A DNA stretch of 63,681 bases, the filler included, from Olpidium bornovanus S191 (lineage: Eukaryota; Fungi; Olpidiomycota), in the NCBI GenBank assembly GCA_017911155.1. It is 28 parts of 28 records of this genome, joined end to end, with 100 filler letters (N's around TTAATTAATTAA, not from the genome) between each part and the next. Parts side by side here need not be neighbours in the genome. Positions count along the whole stretch, not along the records: positions 24,061 to 27,760 come from JAEFCI010009420.1; positions 27,861 to 29,340 come from JAEFCI010011953.1; positions 29,441 to 31,458 come from JAEFCI010012089.1; positions 31,559 to 32,611 come from JAEFCI010005660.1; positions 32,712 to 34,090 come from JAEFCI010002128.1; positions 34,191 to 36,355 come from JAEFCI010010918.1; positions 36,456 to 38,482 come from JAEFCI010002074.1; 21 more parts are not named here. One strand, 5' to 3'. Of the stretch, positions 26,579 to 36,915 are shown one piece after another. The notes beneath the pieces were generated by a model that saw nothing but the letters and a program-made list of their open reading frames with translations, was not told the DNA's origin and did no database searches. The position numbers and the translations under genes are program-made. How positions within the stretch are numbered: position 1 is the stretch's first letter; each line of letters begins with the position of its first letter.

Positions 26579-26634
26579 GAGGGCGGAGGGCGGAGGGCGG
26601 AGGGCGGAGGGCGGAGGGCGGAGGGCGGAGGGCG
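26579..26634. repeat. Perfect heptamer tandem repeat (GAGGGCG)x8
   Basis: Eight exact copies counted. Confidence 0.95.
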
Positions 26635-27166
26635 CGCGATCTCTCTTCTCCCGCTCCCTCTGATTTGGGTGGCCCGGCTTTGACTGTCCCCTCCCCGCTT
26701 CCGCGCGCGCCCAACCCGCCGGGATTTCCACGTTTCCGCGCGTTTCGCGCGGCGTCTCGTCCCGCCAAACCTCGTCGGGGGGGGGAAGAGAGAAAGGGCA
26801 AATCTCTCTCCCGGAGATGAGTCTGCATTTTACTCGCTAGACGCCTCTCCGCACGCGCACACACAACATACACGGGGTCCAAAGTCGTCGTTCGTCGTCC
26901 GCGGTATCACCTTCTCTCCGGGCTCCGGAGGGCGCGCGGGTTGCGCTTTGGTTCTGACGCTGTGCCGTGTTCGCTCTGCCGGAGGGGGCACCAAAAACAA
27001 AAAAAAAAAAAAAAAAAATTGCTACTTGCTCGCTGCTTGTACACACATTACAAGCCCCGAGCCAAAGCGGAATAAAAAAAAAAGCTTTTCGAGTCTCCAG
27101 AACGCAGACCCACAAAAAAGAGGTGGCCAAAAAAAAACCGGCTTTTTTTTTTTCAAATCCCGAGTT

Positions 27167-27718
27167 TTAATCCTCCAGGGAGCTTTGCGGCGGCGCGAAC
27201 AGCGAAGACACGAGATTCGCCAGCACGTTCGCAGGCCGTTGCGGCTGGATGTTAAAGAACGCCTGGCCGACCTTGTCGACGAGCTGCGTTTCGGGTGCGC
27301 GCGCGCTGGCTGTCAGTGCACCCGCCGAAACGTCCCCCGGCCCGCCTTTCCTCTCTCCCCCCGCAACAAGAGGGGGCCCCCTTCCCGCGCCTACTGAGCA
27401 GTCGCGCCTACCTCCATGATTTCGTTATCGCCTTCGACGAGGTCGGCGTTGCGCTGCTTGAGCGTGTTGAACACGTCGGCGGCATCCCTCTGCACGGCAA
27501 AAAGCAGGAGCTGACAAAAGTTCACCAGCGGGTCAGAGTACACCGCCACGGGCTCCGCGTTCCGGCCGTCCGCGTCTTGCGGGATGTCAGCGGACGGCGC
27601 GCCGCCTGCGGGGAACTGCTCCGTCCCGATGACCGACCCGCTGTGCTCTGAGTTGTAATCGTCGCAAAAGGACTGGAAGGCGACACGCGCGTACTTGATC
27701 TTCTTCTGCGCGAGCAGG
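27167..27718 (-). CDS. GET4: Golgi-to-ER traffic protein 4 (GET4/TRC35), C-terminal exons
   Basis: LLAQKKIKYARVAFQSFCDDY...YSDPLVNFCQLLLFAVQRDAADVFNTLKQRNADLV.../LVDKVGQAFFNIQPQRPANVLANLVSSLF...*. The PLxNF..LL, IG..FF.I and terminal L..SLF pattern fits Get4. Confidence 0.85.
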
Positions 27719-27862
27719 CTGACAGAAGGGAGGACAGGCGGTGAAATTCCAAAAACATGCNNNNNNNNNNNNNNNNNNNNNNNNNNNNNNNNNNNNNNNN
27801 NNNNTTAATTAATTAANNNNNNNNNNNNNNNNNNNNNNNNNNNNNNNNNNNNNNNNNNNNGC

Positions 27863-29340
27863 ATGAATTTTTCTCGCACTGCCGTACCCGCTGCTCGAGG
27901 TGGGGAAGGCGTGGGGACTGACGGAGAGCGAAGACGCCTCGCGTCGCACGCGATGGTCGCCGCCGCCACGGAAGCGGGAGCCAGGGCGAGCCCGAAGGAT
28001 GGCAGCGGCGGACAGGGCGACGACAGACAGATCAAGGAGCAGGCCCAGCTCCAGGTGCCGCCGCCGAACGCGCGCCTGCAGCTTCGCCGGTTCTCGCAGC
28101 CGGCGTCTTTGCCGCCGTTGCCCGCACTGCCGTCCTCGCAGCGCCCGAGCTCCGGCCTGAGCGGAGGCGCCACGTGGAAACGCCATTCTGTGGCCGCGGG
28201 AGGGAAGCCGGGTCAGTTGAGTATCCCTGTCAATCACATTTATTCATTTCGTTAAACTTTGTCCGTGCATCGCTAAGTGATCTTGCGATATTATCGGAAC
28301 GTCATAGTTGACGCCGCGGGAACTCACGTGGACGGCTTTAACATTTTATCACGTTTCATCATCCAATGACGCTGCGCGTAGAGACCTCGAATGGTGCAAG
28401 CGGAACGATTTCTAAGGTCGGCGCCGCAGGTCCGGTCAGCGAAAGCCAGTATTTCGCTGGCATCGACGGCAAGTTCGACAACAGAGCCGCGGTGGTTGCG
28501 GCACTGGAACAGAGAGCGAATGGGGCCAGCCAGCTCGTCCGACCTCCGAGCAACGGCGACACGACGCGTTCTCCGCGGCGTGCGCACCAGTTACAGAATG
28601 TGAACGGTAACAGCGATGACGCCTCGTCTTCACCGAGCCCGAGGCAGCCGCAATCTCAAACGGCGCTCCAGCTGCCGTCCGCCAGCGCGCATCCACCATC
28701 GACGGCGTCGCAATCGGCGTCGCTACCGTCTTCGTCGTCCGCCTCGTCGAACTCGGATGCGCCGCTGCCGTTGTGGCTGCTGGTTGCCCGCACGAGGCTG
28801 GAGCTGGCCCTCAATTCCATACCGCATCACCGTTCCCGCCCCCAGCTCGAGCACGTCCGGCAAAAAGCCCTCGCGTCTATATGGCGACTTGCGTCCGCGC
28901 TCGCCTCGCCTGCGACGTACCGGACGGGCAAGCCCGAAGCCGGGGCCCTCTGGGAAGAATTCTTCCGGCGGAATTCCGTTATGGTCGTCCTCTGCCACCA
29001 GGCTAACGCCCATAATCCGCGCGCTCAAGAGGAGTCGGACGCCTACCTCCTTGAGGAGTACCACTCCCTTCTCGACGGCGTCCGCGGCACGCAACCTATG
29101 ATTTGGAGGGACGTTGAAGGCTGGCTCTGGTCGCCCTGGAATGCCATGTGGTGGCGGGTGGAAAATAACTCTTCAGAGACGACGCAGGCGGACGCGCCCG
29201 AGCCCGAACCCGTCCCGCCCATGACCGCCACCTCGCTTGTTAACAACCGAAACGCTCAAAGCAGCCCTTCAATGAGGGCGAAGGCAGACGATGAATTTGC
29301 GCAGTTCCTCTGGTTGCTGACGGTGCACGACACGAACGTA
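27863..29340 (+). CDS. Hypothetical protein fragment (Ser-rich linker, then helical Trp-rich domain)
   Basis: ORF 28366-29340 stays open to the contig end (PLWLLVARTRLELALNSIP...LWEEFFRRNSVMVVLCHQ...IWRDVEGWLWSPWNAMWWRVEN). A probable upstream exon lies at 27863-28220. Confidence 0.55.
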
Positions 29341-29776
29341 NNNNNNNNNNNNNNNNNNNNNNNNNNNNNNNNNNNNNNNNNNNNTTAATTAATTAANNNN
29401 NNNNNNNNNNNNNNNNNNNNNNNNNNNNNNNNNNNNNNNNACATGTTTTTCTATATTTCTTTATATTAAATAATGCTTGCTCTTATTTAAATAGTGCGTT
29501 TGAATACACTATTTAAACAAAAAAATATTTTCTTGGCTAAAAAGTATACACAAAATGACATCTAAAATTAATTTATTTTCCACAAAGTTTATTTCAATTA
29601 CCGATGTGGAGTACGCTTCAAAAGAAAAACTTAAAAAGGTCATCCGCTATGCAGCGATGCTGGCAGCCGAAGAATTCCTTGATGCAGATATGATCAAGTG
29701 TCTAAAAAATTATCTCAAGTCAAAGGTTGCCGCAAACTGTTTTTCTGTTAATTACTCGTGGAGTAAATACAATTAC

Positions 29777-30404
29777 TGTGACAAGCACGCTGCTGTGGCA
29801 CGGCCTTCGAACCGCGCGGTGCCGTGGAACGGCCTTCGAACCGCCTGCCGACCGACGCCACGGAAGGCGGCAGCGGTCGACAGGCGGCAGCCGGCAGCGG
29901 TCGAGAGGCGGAGGGGGGCGACAGGAGGCAGCAGTCGGGAGGCGGAGGCGGACGAAGGGGCGAGAGGAGGGCAAGACGGCCCCCGAACCCGGGGGCCGAC
30001 CAATAGAATAATCCCCTTCGAAGCCCGCCAATCGAAGAGCTCTCTGCCCTTCCCCCCAGCGCCACACGCGGGAGCCCCCCGACAACCATCGTTCCCCCCC
30101 TGGGCAAACGATACTGCCCGTACGCGCACAAAAACTCGGAGCCCCGCGGGGTAACCGTGACCGCGTGGGAAGGGACCAGACGCACCGCGTCGACAGACGC
30201 AACGTCGAAGAACGAAGCTGGCCGTCAACCAGCCCTCTGCTCGACGTCAACGGGCATAAATAGCGTCCCTTCAGCTCCATAGTTCGACTTAAAAGCAAAT
30301 TTTTCCCTTGTACTTCCGACAGCTTCGAAAGCTGAAGTACAACGACCCCGAACACGCAATAAAAAGTCGTTCGCTTCAACGCTTCTCGCTTTTCGCGTGT
30401 TACA
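29777..30404 (+). mobile_element. Solo LTR (628 bp) with 5-bp target-site duplication ATTAC
   Basis: TGTGACA...TGTTACA termini. ATTAC at 29772-29776 and 30405-30409. TATA-like CATAAATA near 30256 and AATAAA near 30357. A diverged homolog occurs at about 59320-59834. Confidence 0.9.
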
Positions 30405-30556
30405 ATTACAACAGAGAATGATGCCAATTTGTGAACAATGGTCTTCAGAGATTTTGGAAAAATGTCAGAAATTATCTCCTTGATAACAAGTTTGTCGACT
30501 TGGATATAGAGAACTGGCAACCAGTTCTTCTACAGCAACTCTTTAAAATGTACAAC

Positions 30557-31292
30557 TGTAGCAGAACGTGTGGCGCGTCCGCCCACTCCCCCAGCACGTG
30601 TGGACCCCCACGGGACGAGGGGGACCCCCGCAACGTGGGCCACCCCCTAGGGCGCCAACCGGCCCCATGAGTGTGGGACCCCGCCCCAATGTGCGCCCTT
30701 TCCCATGTCTGCACCGGGTGTGGCGCCACACCCGGTCGGGCCACACACGGGTTGACACACCCGGTTGAGCCACACACGGGTCGGGCCACTCATGGGTTGG
30801 GCCACATATGGGCTGGATTATCCCCACGGCTCCAAGGACAACGGTTACCGGGAGCAAAGGGTATAAATAGACACCATTGCCCAGATGTTGGCTGTTAGAA
30901 TCATCAGTTCCACACAACCCTACTTCCGATAGCCAAACAGCTGAAGTGCACCGCCCGCCGCGCCCCCTGCGCCGCCTGCATCCGCTCGCCGCGCCGCGTC
31001 CGCCGCCTCCGGCCGCCTCCGCGCCATCTCCGCCGCCTTCGGCCACCTCCACGCCATCTCCGCCGCCTCCGGCCACCTCTGCGCCGCCTGCATCCGCTCG
31101 CCGCGCCATCTCCACCGCTTCCTGCCGCCCGCCGCGCCATCTCCGCCGCCCTCAGCCACCTGCCGCGCCGCCTACGCCGCTTCCAGCCGCCCGCCGCGCC
31201 ATCTCCGCCGCCCTCAGGCACCCATCGCGCCCTTACCGCCGTACACCATGGACCTGCCCAAGGACCTTCCCAAGGACCTTTCCAGTTAGACA
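30557..31292 (+). mobile_element. Probable 5' LTR of a second retroelement family, followed by a PBS-like TGG
   Basis: Starts TGTAGCAG, contains GTATAAATAG and internal degenerate repeats (GGGCCACACACGGGT; GCCATCTCCGCCGCC), ends TTAGACA and is followed directly by TGGTTGACGG. No TSD found, which fits an LTR plus internal sequence. Confidence 0.5.
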
Positions 31293-31558
31293 TGGTTGAC
31301 GGCTTAGGGTTTTGAAGTCAGAGAAGTTCAATTTTGGGGGCTTTTGTTTTCTTCAGCACTTGCCCGCTGCCCCGTTCTCTTCGTAAAGAAGAACGGGGGT
31401 GAGATGGAGACAACTTCTCAGAGTTCTTGATGGCGCCTGGAGGTGTGCTGCGTGTCGCNNNNNNNNNNNNNNNNNNNNNNNNNNNNNNNNNNNNNNNNNN
31501 NNTTAATTAATTAANNNNNNNNNNNNNNNNNNNNNNNNNNNNNNNNNNNNNNNNNNNN

Positions 31559-31561
31559 GGT

Positions 31562-31651
<90 letters not shown>
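31559..31651. repeat. Poly-G tract at contig start
   Basis: About 90 nt of nearly pure G. Likely partly artefactual. Confidence 0.8.
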
Positions 31652-31653
<2 letters not shown>

Positions 31654-33053
31654 GGCGGGATGGGTGGGGAACGTTGACGTCGAATAATTTTTCGAGATCG
31701 AATGGCCAGGACGGGAGATGGAGTGCGCAATCCAACCGGAAAGGCTCTTCAGGTGGGGAGGGGGGGGGGAAGCGCTTTGGCGGAGGCGACTGCCGGGAAA
31801 AGGACCGCACCGGGTCAGCACGACGACGACGACGACGACGGGAGAGAACGCCGCGAGTGGCAGGCCGGGGGTCTTTTCTTTTTTCCTTTCTTCTTGGGCG
31901 TTCTGGCCCTCATGAAGACGGACCGACCGCCCGAGCGAGCGAGGGAAATTAGGGCGCGGTGGGAGGGAAGGAAAGGGGCGAGGGGAGGTGTTGAGAAACA
32001 CGCGGATGTTGGCGTATTTTTTGGGGTATAAAGGCGCGTTGTTCAGGGAACTTGCTTCCGTCCCCACATTCCTCTCACCCTTTCCCGGTTCCCCAAGTTT
32101 TCCCTTGGTCGAGCGTAAGGACGTCAATGACATCAGAAACCTACCGTGACAACATTTCGGGGGGGGGGGGAAGGGGCGGTGGAAACGGGGCCTGGGTAAG
32201 ACAACGGGAGCTAAGCGTTTGCGGCGCCTGCTGCCGGACAAGGTGTGCGAGGCGGCGATTGGAACTGGCAGGCCTGGTCAAGTGACGAATGGTCGGGCGG
32301 AAGGGAGGCCGAGGGGGAGCGAATTTGTCGCAGGAAAGCGCTAATTATATTTATTACTAGTATAATTCTACCAATACCCTTGCGTTTCATTAAAAAATAA
32401 ATAACTAGTGATGTGCGTCATCCAATGTACACACCAACGTACATTATTTATTATATCAATAATGTTTTAAGCATTGATATAATCATTGACTATTACGACA
32501 TATACTTTACTGAGCATTCAACTAAAGCACATTATCATAGTTTCTTCCCATAGGAATGGCCATTACAAAGTCAGAGAACGAATCCCGCACAATTCCATCA
32601 ATCGTCATGAANNNNNNNNNNNNNNNNNNNNNNNNNNNNNNNNNNNNNNNNNNNNTTAATTAATTAANNNNNNNNNNNNNNNNNNNNNNNNNNNNNNNNN
32701 NNNNNNNNNNNGCGACGTGTCGCGGACGCCTGTAAATCGGAAAGGCCGTGCGGAGGAAGCGGGACCTACCAGACCAGCAAATGGAGACGTTCGTCAGGGC
32801 TCCCGAAAACGGAATCGATCCATTGAAACATGGCATGAACGTCGAAGGATATCACGGTCATCTTCGACTTGTCGCTTCCGATGGACGCAACGATCGGCCC
32901 TCTCTACGACGTAAACATGCGGGATTGCCAACCAACGTGTTAAGAAATGGCAAAGACAAAGGGGGAGAAAGAGGGAGGGCGGGGGAGAGAAGGGGGGGGG
33001 GGGGGGGGGCCGGGGGCCGGGGGGGGGGGGGGGGGGGGCCGTCCGGCCTCACC

Positions 33054-33274
33054 TTCGGGGGAAAGTAGTCCTCGCTCAAGGGGTACCTTGCTGCGCACCA
33101 GTCGTACCCCTGCTTCAGCTGGGGCGCCGGGCCGCCGCCGCCGCCGACGGAGCGGAACGGCTGCTGGCGGGCCTGGAAGAACGAACCGGGCCCACCGGCG
33201 GCGGCGGCTGTGGCGGCGCGCGAGGCGCACACGGCGGTGCCCACCGCCAGCAAATATCCGGCGGTCCTCCGCAT
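33054..33274 (-). CDS. First exon of a probable secreted protein (possibly histidine acid phosphatase-like)
   Basis: MRRTAGYLLAVGTAVCASRAATA resembles a signal peptide. It continues to QLKQGYDWCAARYPLSEDYFPPK and a GTGAG donor. The catalytic RHG motif is not seen, so the family call is weak. Confidence 0.4.
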
Positions 33275-33368
33275 TTTTCTCTTTCTTCTTTTTCTTCTTC
33301 TTCTTTCGTTACGCTCTCGCTCTCTCTCTCTTTCTCTCCACTTTTCTCCTCTGGGAAAGAAGAGAAAA

Positions 33369-33410
<42 letters not shown>

Positions 33411-33870
33411 GGAAGGGGGGGGCCCTTTTTCTCGTACTCTTTACCCGAAGAGAGGGGAACAAAAACCCAAACCCGACGGATCTCGCAAACGGGCGGAGGG
33501 CTTTTTTCTTCCCTCCCCTCTCAACCCCCTCACCCTGCTGGAAATAACGGGGCCCCAGGGGCGGAGACGCACTGCGCGCACCCGTTGCCCCTTTGTAGAG
33601 TTCCTAGTTCCCGCCATATAGAAAAAGGGCCAGAGGAAACTAGTAAACAAACGCCTCGAATACAGCTTTCCTTCCTCCCTGCCGTTCTCGTGATCCCGCG
33701 GCGCATCTTCCCGCGGCGCATCTTCTTCGCCTTCTCCTCCGGCTCGGCTTTATCAGGTTATAAGCCCAACCCGTAGACTCCCTGCCAAAGCCCGTAGACT
33801 CCCTCCCTGCCAAAGAAAAGAACGCGGCAGAAGTACCAGCCATGAGAAGTACAACACCGCCGTACTCGCC

Positions 33871-33975
33871 ACACGCGACCATGGAACACGCGACCATGGA
33901 ACACGCGACCATGGAACACGCGACCATGGAACACGCGACCATGGAACACGCGACCATGGGACACGTGGCCATGGA
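33871..33975 (+). repeat. 15-bp tandem repeat ACACGCGACCATGGA x7
   Basis: Five exact copies, a sixth ending in GGG and a seventh diverged copy ACACGTGGCCATGGA. In the ATG-33842 frame it encodes (MEHAT)n. Confidence 0.95.
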
Positions 33976-34847
33976 AGTGAACCGCTGGAGAAGGACCGTA
34001 AAGAGCGAGAACGAAGAGGCCGAAGCTCTACTCGGGGACCAGCAGAGAGGAAGACGACACCAGAGCCCTCAAGTGGCTAGAAAGACGTCANNNNNNNNNN
34101 NNNNNNNNNNNNNNNNNNNNNNNNNNNNNNNNNNTTAATTAATTAANNNNNNNNNNNNNNNNNNNNNNNNNNNNNNNNNNNNNNNNNNNNCATGACGATT
34201 GCGCGGCAATGGATCGAGGGTGGAACGAGTGAAATATGCAATCTGCGCTTTGCGTGACCTGGAGGTTCGTATTTTGCTGTTCTGGCCCTCGATCTGGACC
34301 CGGTTCTAGAATTCTGGGGAGTTCTGCATCGTTGTAATGCGCTGTATATGTCACGTGATCGCCGTTTCTCCTTGCTGTAATTCCCTTTCCGGCCCCCCGT
34401 TCTCGCCGCAATAAAAAGAAAATCTTTACAAATCATTTGTTTACGCTTTGTTCGTTTCTGTTCAAAATGCGCGAGTGCGCATACAGATTAATTTCATTTC
34501 GTTTGGCGACAATTTTCCTAAGATGGAGTGGTGATGATGAATTGGGGGAAAAGACGTTTGGCGCAAAAACTGGTTGGGGGGTTTTTTTTTCCGCACAGCG
34601 GCGGGCCCCTGTGAAAACGGCGCTGCTGCGAGGGACGTTTGCCGGCGCCGTTCGCCTGCGCAGTTTCGCCGGTGGAGTTTGCGGGTGGCGTTTGCGGGTG
34701 GCGTTTCCCGGTGGCTTTTTCCCGCTGGCCGTTTGCGGTGAGGGGCGTTTGCTTGGACGACGGCCTCCCATTGTTTCTTCTCTTTCTCGGGCCCCGCGCG
34801 CCGTTTATCTCAGTCAGCCATTTCCACCCTCGCGCCTCGCCGCAACC

Positions 34848-36355
34848 ATGGTCCTCCTCCCTTTTCTGCCGGCGGACTCCAGCCCGGAGAACCTCGGCGA
34901 GCGACCGGCAGCGTCGCGCCCTTATCCCGCACCGGGCAACCGCAGGCGGGACCGGCCCGCTGCCGCCGTGCCTGGTCGCGCGCCCGCCGAGCGGGATGAC
35001 ACGGAGCCCGTCTCGGACTTCGTCAAACGCAAAGGTATAGATAATCATGCTTGCGAGAAAATTGCGGGCGGCTTCGATTCGTGGCAGCCACCGAGACTGA
35101 ACTCTCAAACGCGTCGCCTCCGCAGGGTGGGCTTTCCAAATTATAACGGAACTCGCCGATTGGGTATTATTTTTTTAGGGGGGCGAGGAAGGGCCCGGGA
35201 GGCGGTGCTTTGAGTGTTTCTCCGATCACCCTGCGCCCGGAGCTCTAATATGGAAAGGCCGCCCAGGTTTTCGTTGTCTCCGCTGGCCCAAAATCGCGGG
35301 TCCTCTACGGAGGCCCCTCCTCAGCGGAGTGCATCGGATATTCCCAGGACGAGATTGTAGGGCGGCCGCTTGCGGACTTTATCCACTGCGATGACACGGA
35401 CGTGCTCCGGAAGGCGATGTCCGCGTCGAGCGTTTCCCCGAACCCAAGCATCTTGGTACCCGATGAGGAAGGCGGGATGTTTCGCACGTACGTCCGTTTC
35501 AAGCGAAACGACGGGCGCCTGGTTGTGCTGGAGGTGGACGGTCGCAGGCTTTTGACGAGCCGAGGAAGAGCGGCGGCTGATCCGGTCAGCCGGGAAGCGG
35601 AAGGGGCTGCGCAGACTGGCGACGCCGGCGACGAGGACATGCAGGTCTGTTTCCTCCTGACGGGCCGCCGGTATCCGTCGCGCACGTCGAAGCTGTTCGA
35701 CTCTGTCCTGGAGCTGCAGCTGGAAAACGAATGGCTTCGGCACCGGGCAGCAGAGCTCCAGGCGGCCGCAGACGCGCAGAAGCAAAAACAGCAGGCGTCA
35801 GAGTGGACAGTTGCGGACGACGACGCACCGGTCGACACCGCCGCGATCGAGCGGCGACAGGTGCAGGCGGGTGCTCTTGCGGGCGCAAATACGACCCTCC
35901 CGGAAGGCTTTGAGGCGGGTCCTGTTCCCTCAGCTGATGCGGCGGAGTCGCAGTACAGTAAGCGGCAGAAAGTGGGTGCCGATCTGTCTGGGACCGGCAA
36001 GTTCGAGGCATGCCTCCGCACAGGAGCGTTTCCGTTCTCCAACTTTTAACCTTCGCGTCTGTCGCTCCCTTCCCTCCTCCTCCGCGCACTCAGAAACGGG
36101 TGATTGCCGAACCTGCCGTCCGCGCGTGCGTCGAATGCGGCTCGACAAGCACTCCTGAATGGCGCAGGGGCCCGCAAGGGCTGAAGACGTGTGTGTTCTT
36201 TGCGCCTTAGAGTCTGCTTAATGCCCGGTTCCGTTCATGAGCTTCGTACACCCGGCCCTTCAATGCAACGGGACTGCTGATTGCCTCTCCCTCTGACACA
36301 GCATTTGTAACGCGTGCGGTATCAGATGGGCAAAGTCGCAAAAGGCCGCGCTATC
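34848..36355 (+). CDS. wc-2: White collar-2-like PAS + GATA zinc-finger transcription factor, spliced, 3' truncated
   Basis: Spliced: DFVKRK/GWAFQIITELADW/VFVVSAGPKSRVLYGGPSSAECIGYSQDEIVGRPLADFIHCDD (PAS), then SRTSKLFDSVLELQLENEWLRHRAAELQ (WC-2-type coiled coil), then CVECGSTSTPEWRRGPQGLKT/ICNACGIRWAK (CX2CX18CX2C). Confidence 0.88.
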
Positions 36356-36514
36356 NNNNNNNNNNNNNNNNNNNNNNNNNNNNNNNNNNNNNNNNNNNNT
36401 TAATTAATTAANNNNNNNNNNNNNNNNNNNNNNNNNNNNNNNNNNNNNNNNNNNNGCTCATCTTTTTTTTTTTTTTTTTTTTTCTTTGTGTGGGGGGTGT
36501 CGCGCGCTTTTTTC

Positions 36515-36562
<48 letters not shown>

Positions 36563-36715
36563 TCGAGTTGGCAACCCGAATTTCCGGAGAGGCGCAGAAA
36601 ACAAAAAGGAAGAAAAAGAGAAACGCAACGTAACCGCCACGCAGCCGAAACGGCCAGGGCCCCTCTTTCTCTATCTCCTTCTCTCTGCTCTTTTTCTCTC
36701 GCTCTCCCTCTCGCG

Positions 36716-36752
<37 letters not shown>

Positions 36753-36915
36753 CCTCTCTGCTCTCTCTCTTTGTTTCTCGCTCTCTCTCCCTCTCTTTCG
36801 CTTTCGCTCTCGCTCTTGCTTTTCGTTCTCGCCGCCTTCCCCGCAGAAAACATTTCACTCAGAAACAGCAGCCCCCTCCCTCCCCCCACGAAGAGAAAAA
36901 AAAAAAAAGAAGGAT

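Noticed and set aside
24568-26882. Very long ORFs of 750 aa (+) and 540 aa (-) and many similar Arg/Gly/Pro-rich ORFs
   Set aside because: Shadow frames of GC-rich, stop-poor and microsatellite sequence. They translate poly-G and (CT)n tracts and lack domain-like composition.
31559-31651. Long poly-G/poly-C runs as G-quadruplex or telomere-like elements
   Set aside because: Located at contig ends, where length is unreliable and poly-G is a known two-colour sequencing artefact. No TTAGGG-type array is present.
35267-35310. Suspected frameshift at the start of the WC-2 PAS exon
   Set aside because: On re-reading, GTT TTC GTT GTC TCC GCT GGC CCA AAA TCG CGG GTC CTC TAC is in frame with the upstream exon.
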